From: Obrimoposthia wandeli
Lineage: Eukaryota
Length of the DNA: 64,000 nucleotides
Direction: 5' to 3'
NCBI GenBank assembly: GCA_977020255.1
Contig: CDROCS010001071.1
Location: 1,984,001 to 2,048,000 of the forward strand
Shown: in pieces, positions 56,500 to 64,000 of the stretch
How positions within the stretch are numbered: the stretch's first letter is position 1
How the letters are laid out: each line of letters starts with the position of its first letter
Notes under the pieces: model-generated
Database searches by the model: none
What the model was told of the DNA's origin: nothing
What the model saw: only the letters and a program-made list of their open reading frames with translations
Program-made: the position numbers and the translations under genes

Positions 56500-56815
56500 A
56501 CATAGGGTGGAGGTAAGGGTCACATTTCCACTACCTCCGTCATAGGTTTGTTACAGCATCTTAGTTCTCCACATTTTCGTCGTATCTAAGGACATACTTG
56601 ACTGTCTTTTACGCACATTATCGTTAGTAGAAATACTGTAGTAGATACTACGGCCATTGCTATTAGAGCATTGACTGGTGTTGTCCCGCTGTCTGTGATC
56701 ATATTTTCATTTGTCACTTACTGATTCAAACGGTGTTTCGAGTGGTTTTGTTCGATTTCCGTATGTCAGTTTTGATTTTTCGGTTATGTGGAGTTTCTGT
56801 ACTTTGGGTTTCTGT
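56500..56815 (-). mobile_element. Relic of the polyprotein C-terminus of a related giant element
   Basis: Reverse complement aligns by eye to ~15720-16045 (CAGACAGCGG, GTCAATGCTCTAAT, CAGTCAAGTATGTCC, GATACGACGAAAATG, CCCTTACCTCC). Confidence 0.85.
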
Positions 56816-57312
56816 TCAAGTTTTATCACCATTTTTATGAACAAATATAATAGGTGAATAAACTACAAACAATATTCTGCAAAATGAGAAGATTCTGTAC
56901 AATGCCCGAAAGTAAGTAATGACAAAAACTACGATATGATTATTTTGATGTATGCAGGCTTGATATTAACATAATCTTTGATAATGGAATGAATTTATTT
57001 TTCTTAATCTACAAGTATTTTCATAAGAATGCTGAAGTTTAATATAATTTTAGCGATTTAGATGATGTATTAGTTTTAAAAGAGTAATTTAGAAATTTTA
57101 GAAACTGACTTTAACGATGTATTGAAAATAAATGATTTTAAGAAAAATAGAATACCTATAAAAGAGTCAAGGATAAAATATTACTTTAAAATGATACTAA
57201 ATAAAGTCTAATTGGCAAGTTTGATAAATATATCGGATAAAGTGAATATTAAAGAAAATTTAAACAACCCGGTGGGAAATGTCTGGCGGAGATTTTGCGG
57301 AATTTGTCATTT

Positions 57313-58383
57313 TGTTGGGGTTTCTAATTGAAACTATTTGATAGATCTCGATTTAGATGCTCGTATAAAGACCCCCAAGTGAGTTCTGTAGCGACATCGC
57401 TTACAGATGGATGTGGCCTACCTGTTATTTTATTACTTAATTCGAGTCTCAAATCTGAACGTTTTGTGTTCTATTGTCTTGTGGTGTGTTCAAGGAGTTG
57501 TGTTCACAGAATAGCTAGTAGGATTTTCTATAGTATACTATCTCTACACTTATACAATATTATGGTAATTTCACTGTTACAATTATACTTTTACAATCAA
57601 CGTAAATCAATTCTCTACTAGTTTAAGGTTTTACTTTTAATTCAAGAATTATTTACTTCAATACACTTTTCAATTCAAATATGTTTTTTACTCAATAAAC
57701 TTTTCAATTCAAAATGTGATTTTACTCAATAGCTGTTCTATTCAAAATGTAATTTTACTCACCAATTCCAATTCAAATTACTTTGTTCAACTTCAAATAA
57801 CTTGTTCAATTTCAAATATAGTCTGTCTGGTTCGTAGTTCCAAATTTTTTGTACATTAATTTTACAATGTCTTCATTATTTTTTCTTTGAAAATTTCTCA
57901 CTAATCCTGCTCTAATTCTGTGAATGAATAACTCAAATTGTTGTATATATATATAAATTTACTGCTAATGGATTGTTTCCCCGAGTTTGTTGTAAGTGCT
58001 GTCTGTTTTACAGCTGGTAGTTCCCAACTTTCCTTTTTCTACAGGTGGTTTCTTCGCACAGATTATTTTGAGCTAATATACTTTTCCAATTAATAATTTT
58101 CAATTTTTCTTTTCTTTTTAATTGATTACAGATTATTTTTCACAAATTGATTTTTTGAAATTAATAATTTCAACAAAACTACTATCTTCTTCGGCACTAT
58201 TTTGTACACTGTTTGTTCTTTATATACACATATTTTTATGACCTCTTCAAGGTCCTAATTTATTTAACACATTTAATTTCATTTTTAAAAAATCTTATTT
58301 ATTTTAATTTTTTATTAATTGCATTTCGACCTTTGATTCTAATTATTTTATTTATCCTATTTTCAATTTTCCTTAATCTAACA
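57313..58383 (-). mobile_element. Second solo LTR of the same lineage (~1.07 kb)
   Basis: Ends TGTTGGGGTTTCTA and AATCTAACA. Internal GTGAGTTCT, GTGGCCTAC and GACCTCTT.AAGGTCCTA are shared with the other LTRs. Perfect 4-bp TSD ATTT (57309-57312 and 58384-58387). Confidence 0.82.
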
Positions 58384-58949
58384 ATTTATCCCATGATTAA
58401 CTCATTTATCCGGGGTGTCACGGCTAATATCACGTGAGATCAAATCTGAAAAGCTAAAATAATAAGACATCCTCACCAAAACACCTTATAAACAGCCTCA
58501 GTTGGAACCCACCAATTTACCCATTTTTTGATGACGCAAATTGGCATGACTTTTGCCCAAAATTTGCATGGTTTCTACTACTGTGTCTGACGGATTTGAT
58601 AATAAATATGAACACAAATTGTCTGATGATATAATTTTTAAAATTATTTCTCGAACTTATATTTTAACATTATTCGCGAACAATTTGTCTACAAAGACGA
58701 TTAATACCATTAACAATTGTTATCATATTTTGCTCTGAAAAAATATTTCGCGAACTTATTTAAACATTAATAACGAACATAATTAAATATTTTGTAAAGT
58801 ATGTTTTACCAATTTTGGTTTGATCTAATCAAGAAATAAATCGATGTATGTACAATTCATTCATGAAATATTAGTGAAAAATGAAATAATTACAAACTGA
58901 GATCTGACTTTTAAAAAAACTTTTAGAAAGCACATGTTCAATAAGAAGA

Positions 58950-59900
58950 GAAAATTGATAAAATGATACATGAATTGTGGAAATCTGGTTTAATTAGTCC
59001 GTAGAATTCAACGATTAATTCGGTTTCTGCGAGGCCTATTGTCGCATTTGTCATATGTTGTCATTGATGCGACTAGTATAATCTTGGTTGCCTCAGAAAC
59101 ACTGCAGCCACCACATTGAGGTCAACGCAGATAATCCAATCGTGTTGATCATAATTGATCACTGTTACCAGTTTTTCGATACTGTTGTATGATTAGTTCA
59201 TAGAAACAGCATGTGCTAGTGAAGTATATGTATGTTTGTTGGCATTTTGAATTTGAGCTGCTTCGATACTGGTCGTGTAAGCATCATTAAACAATATTTT
59301 TGATACTTTAGTCGTTACAACCAATTTTGTCACAAGAACCTACGATATTATTGCAAAAGCATAAAATATAGTATAGCCCTAATATCTAATGAATCTATGA
59401 TTCATTGCTCAAACGCGCTTCCTATTTTCCATTATTCTTTGTAATATTTTCTGAATAGTAAAGTTTCCATATGCTTCTTGAATCTTTCAGCATTGTTATA
59501 GTTTCTTAAATCCATTGGTAGCTTGTTTCAAATATTCCAACGCTCTGTTTGTAATTAGAGAATTTTTTAACAAACCTGCAGTCACCATATTCGAGAAGTT
59601 CATTAAAAATTGAGTTATGTGAGATGTCAAGGACGCAAGCAAAGTTCTTTATTTTAGATTTTAAATTGATGATATTTTCACCGATTTGTATAAAACTGCA
59701 TTTTCTTTAATACGATTTATGTTATTCTTAGATCCAAATATTAAAGCCTTAATTTTGTTTTCATTCATCTTCAATTGTCTTAACTTTATCCATATAGCTA
59801 TTTCATTATTAAGATTCCAATTCCAGAAAATGTGATTTCATGGTCATTAGAATCAAAATCAACATAAATTAATATTTCTTGTAATCGATACTATTAATGA
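58950..59900 (-). mobile_element. Decayed Chapaev3/Transib-related transposase fragment
   Basis: NANKH...SLAHAVSM and VINYDQHDWIICVDLNVVA..LRQ resemble HNGNKYPS.PLAHAV.MKE...I.Y..H.W.ICGDLKV..LLG.Q; superfamily assignment from memory. Confidence 0.5.
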
Positions 59901-62900
59901 AATTTAAATCGAAAATAGGATCAAACCAAGAATCGGTCACAGAGGCATTTTAAATATTCGGGACCCGAGACAGTGTCATAAATAATAACTTATTAAATAT
60001 GTTCACACATTGAAAAGAATATAGCAAGTTTGTTGAGTCTATCTAGGTATACAGAAATGCGTGGTCGGGTTCTGTACTGTTAGACGTCTAATAAGACAAA
60101 AATAAAATATTGAAATTTATTGAAATGAAAACTCGGTGGTAGAAGCAGAAATAGCATAGCAACTCTAGTGAGAACTGTTACATAAATCAAGGCACTCATA
60201 AATATACAGATATGGAATTACACAAATACACAATCAATAAAAGGAATCAATATAACGATTAGTTAAAAAAATGAATGATTGTAATATGTCGGTCAAACAA
60301 GATGACGTTGGACACTATAATGTAGGTTAGGTGTGGTTACCATACCCACGCAATAGTCTGACAAGTCTCGGAGTTCACTGGCATCGCGTCTAACTTTCTC
60401 AAGGTCTCCACGAATATCTTTAGAATGGTGTATATTACTGCTGTTGTTGCCATATCGTCCATTGCGTGTGTTGGATGTTGACCTAGTTCTTCGAGCAGAA
60501 ACCGACCGAGGCTTTGGTTGGTAGTTGACCTATATGATGAATTAATGAATTATATTTTTATTGTCATTACATTTTTACAAATGGATAGGCATATTGTTCA
60601 CTCAATGTTTCTATTATGTAAATGAAACTATCTGAAAAGTGATTAATATTCAATAAAGAATTTATTTAATTAATACGGAAACTTTATTTTATAATTTTTA
60701 AGGTTAATCTGTAAAACAGTAGGGAAATTACCTGATAAGTGTGATTATTGAGATTGGTACAATGTTTAAAATTTTTAAATTTAAATAATAAAGCCAGGGA
60801 TTACATATCGTGCTCAAACACCTCGCCATACAATTCTTTCTCCTGTAACCCTGCCCGCTTGATGTAGCTAGTCATATTTTGCGAGTGTTATATACTGAAT
60901 ATCCGAAAACTAATGATCATGGTCTTCTGATAGCTGCTCTCAAGCTAATGTACTTCTCCTTGTTCGATGATCCTCTATGTAAATATGAAAGTAAAGCTTG
61001 TTTAACTGCATCAAATGTTGATTAATAAGTAGCTTGTAATTTCTTTTATTCAAAAGCTTTCTAGAATGTTTGGCTGAAATCAGACGTTGCCATTACTTTG
61101 TTTATATTTATCAATAAAACAGCTGTTAAATTCATTTAATTTCGCTTTATTTACTAACTTACATGTTTATAAATTTTATTATTTTAGAAAATAAACTATT
61201 GTATTACTTTGTTACTTAATATTTAAAAAACCATTATACACTTCAAATATATTTATACAATTTCAAAACATCGAGAGCAGTCCACAGAACTTCTAAGAAT
61301 ATTTTTGTAGCTCTTCGCATGTTTTCAAATTATTCTTCTTAAATTTTTCATAATTAAACATAATAAGCTCCATTACAATATATTTCAATTTTTAAATAAA
61401 TTATAATTCAATAAATTAAAAAAGTTAAAATAAATTATATCTTTTAAAACTTGTCAAGGATTTTCAATGTTCATAATGCTAAAATTTCATATAACAAATT
61501 GGTAAATTATTAAAATTATACTATTATTTATTAACTTTAAAAATATTTTTATATGGTAATTGATTTGTTAATTTTAAAATGTTTAAATATTATAATAATA
61601 TTTCTATATATTTCTTATTTCTTATCTAATAATTAGGATTTAATTTTTTATATTTAGAATGAAAAAAAAACAGCTGTAATCGCCATTTTTGCAAATGGCG
61701 TTACTTTGATAAATATCATTGGCAAATGTTTGCTAAAGCTGATTTTTCTATTCCAAATCATTTATTGATATTAAAGAACTATTCTCACCTGAGAGATTCG
61801 ACCGGGGAAGTAAGAAGCATATTTCTGCGAACTGATTCAGTATTTGGCGATCGTTGAAGCTGCTTTGGTTGACTCAGATTCGAGAATCGTGGAGAATTGA
61901 TGACAGGTCTGTGAGATAGAGGTTGGCGAGTAGCTATGACCATACTTCCTTGGGCATGTGCGTTTGTGTCATCTTTAATCTGTCTTATTCTCTATATAAA
62001 CACATAAAATATATTTTGCAGGTATCAAAATTCTTGTAAATTTTCAAACGAAGTAGCAACTGAATGTATAATTTTACGCTATTCATTCTACAAACGCGTT
62101 CTTCTGAACTTTTCGAATCATTTTTTAATAGTAATATTTTTTCCTCATCATTCCTTCAGACATTTAATAGCTTATCAAAAGTTTACTGCAATATCATATC
62201 GCTTAGTTATTAAGGCTCTTTAAATTAAAATCACTTTAGGAATAACATAAGAACATTATAATCTATCAGTTCTTTTAGAGGAATCCAATGTAGTTGTTTT
62301 TAAATGTAGCACAATTGATTTTCATTGCTTCAATCTGTAAATTAATGGCATGGATATGTTCAGAATTGATTGTAAACGAAGTATCCGCTTTTTTGGAAAG
62401 TTTATGAACTGTGAATTACAGTAATCTGAACTTGTTTCTATGTCTTGTTCTATGTGTTTCAACAAACCTATGACTGGTGCTCCATTGGGAGGCTTTTGCG
62501 AGTTCCAAATCACGGCCAATGTCGCGGATGCTGCTATGCACTTTCATCATCAACTGTTATTTGCCTGTTCGCGACTTCCTTTCCTCTGGAAATTGGATTG
62601 ACGAGTCAGGCGGATTCTTCTGTTGACTGGAGAGACTTGTCTGTGTGATCTGGTCTACTGGAGTTTGGCTCGAGAAGTTCTCGAATCGCGGAGACTGCAA
62701 AATTTGTTCTCATGTCACGCCACACAATACTATATATATATATAACAATTAATGTCAGCAAAAATAATAACTGACAGTTGCGTTTACTTAGAATATTCCA
62801 GATTAAATAAACTGTGGGACTCTCAAAGCCCTCAAATTGATAAGGCTGTGGGTTGCAAAATGAAATTATATATAAAATTCACTTTAACTCATTTTAATAT

Positions 62901-63642
62901 TTTTTTTTCTGGTTTTCATCTCTTTTATATTCATCTGGCTTTATTATGAACACCGAGTTTTTACCAAAAGTCATTCGATCTACGAGTATAGCTTTCTTTC
63001 TGGGCATATGAAAACAATGAAAACGAATAAAAAGAAGAAAAAGAATAATACGAAAAAGTAAAATACGAGGGCGAAAGAAAAATAATAAAACAAAGAAAAT
63101 TAAGAACAAAAAGGTAAAAAAGACAAAGAAGAAAAAGAATAAAACGAAGCAAATGTAGAAACGAAAAAAATAAAGTAAATTAAGAAAAAAAAGACTTTAC
63201 AATGTCTTTACATCATTCATCCACAGACATAGGCCCCCCTGAGTCACGTTTCCTTTAAGATCCGTATCACATGTATTATATATTTTATACCAACGAATAG
63301 CCCATGTCACAGATATCTGTCTCTTTCAATAATAAATGAAAATTACCAAAATTTCATAGTTTACTATAATTTAAAATAATTGATATTTAAATATAAACAA
63401 ATAAAAATAAATAATTTTTTCTTAACATTCCCTAATAAGCTCAATTTTACAAAACAAACGTCTTAGCATGGTCGACTTGCATCCAACTAATGACATTAAA
63501 TTTTGCTGTCTATTTACGTTATAGGGTCGCATGAATAATTATAAAAAATAAACGTACATACTTCTATTTATATACACACTAATATTTAATTGAAATAAAT
63601 ACATGTTATGCTCAAAAGTGTAGGAGAGTTTCTGACAAACCG

Positions 63643-63875
63643 ATGTTCCCAAGACTGCCGCGGTATAACAGAATGATATTTCCCAAATATTTACATTTTG
63701 AGTTCAAATGGTCTTTCAACGCGTCGAAGAGATTGAAATATTATACCGGAAAAAATATGAAACAATACCGTTCAAATGGTTTTGCTTTAATGCACATTCA
63801 GAGAGATTTCCAGTATCATATTAAAGAAATCATTGATAGGTTTGCAAGACTTTATTCAAGAAAATGGAACTGGTT
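63643..63875 (+). mobile_element. hAT (THAP12/ZMYM1-like) transposase C-terminal dimerisation relic
   Basis: WSFNASKRLKYY...MKQYRSNGFALMHIQRD..IKEIIDRFAR resembles RSFS.LKRLKTYLR.TM.Q.RLNGLAL..IHRD....EVID.FA. Confidence 0.65.
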
Positions 63876-64000
63876 GAGATTCGACTCTCTATTAGGGTTT
63901 GAATTTTGGCTTTGTGGATTGTCACAGTGTATTACATATAATTATAAAGAGTGTCTGTCCAAATTTCTGTATTATTATAATTGTATTTATTACTGATATG

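Noticed and set aside
62322-62720. GC-richer segment with a minus-strand acceptor as a host exon
   Set aside because: All three frames hit stops within ~45 codons; no recognisable product.

Overview
Very AT-rich eukaryotic genomic DNA. The short GT-AG introns and giant LTR element suggest a triclad flatworm (inference). Bases 1-20665 are the 3' ~20.7 kb of a giant Ty3/Gypsy (Metaviridae) LTR retroelement resembling the planarian 'Burro' elements; its 5' LTR lies outside the window. The apparently once-single ORF (34-16060, about 5,300-5,400 aa if repaired) reads: Gag, CCHC knuckle, ubiquitin-like domain, AT-hook, Bcl-2-like domain, internal signal peptide plus chuvirus-like glycoprotein (Env), protease 1, BIR-BIR-RING (IAP), protease 2, RT, RNase H, integrase, a triplicated unknown domain, tandem dual-specificity phosphatases, and three signal-peptide/TM cassettes. 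Three separate RING-H2 ORFs and a 2.7-kb 3' LTR with a 34-bp satellite follow. The first 10.1 kb is fully open, while about 8 lesions cluster in 10150-14260. The rest of the window holds a host tetraspanin gene with a 21-kb intron, two solo LTRs of the same lineage (one interrupted by a complete Buster/Charlie-type hAT transposon), and an intronless tandem-GNAT (SSAT-like) gene split by an in-frame UGA-CUAG. There is also a relic of the same polyprotein's C-terminus and many decayed Tc1/mariner, hAT and Chapaev-like fragments. All domain calls come from motifs recognised by eye; no searches were run.
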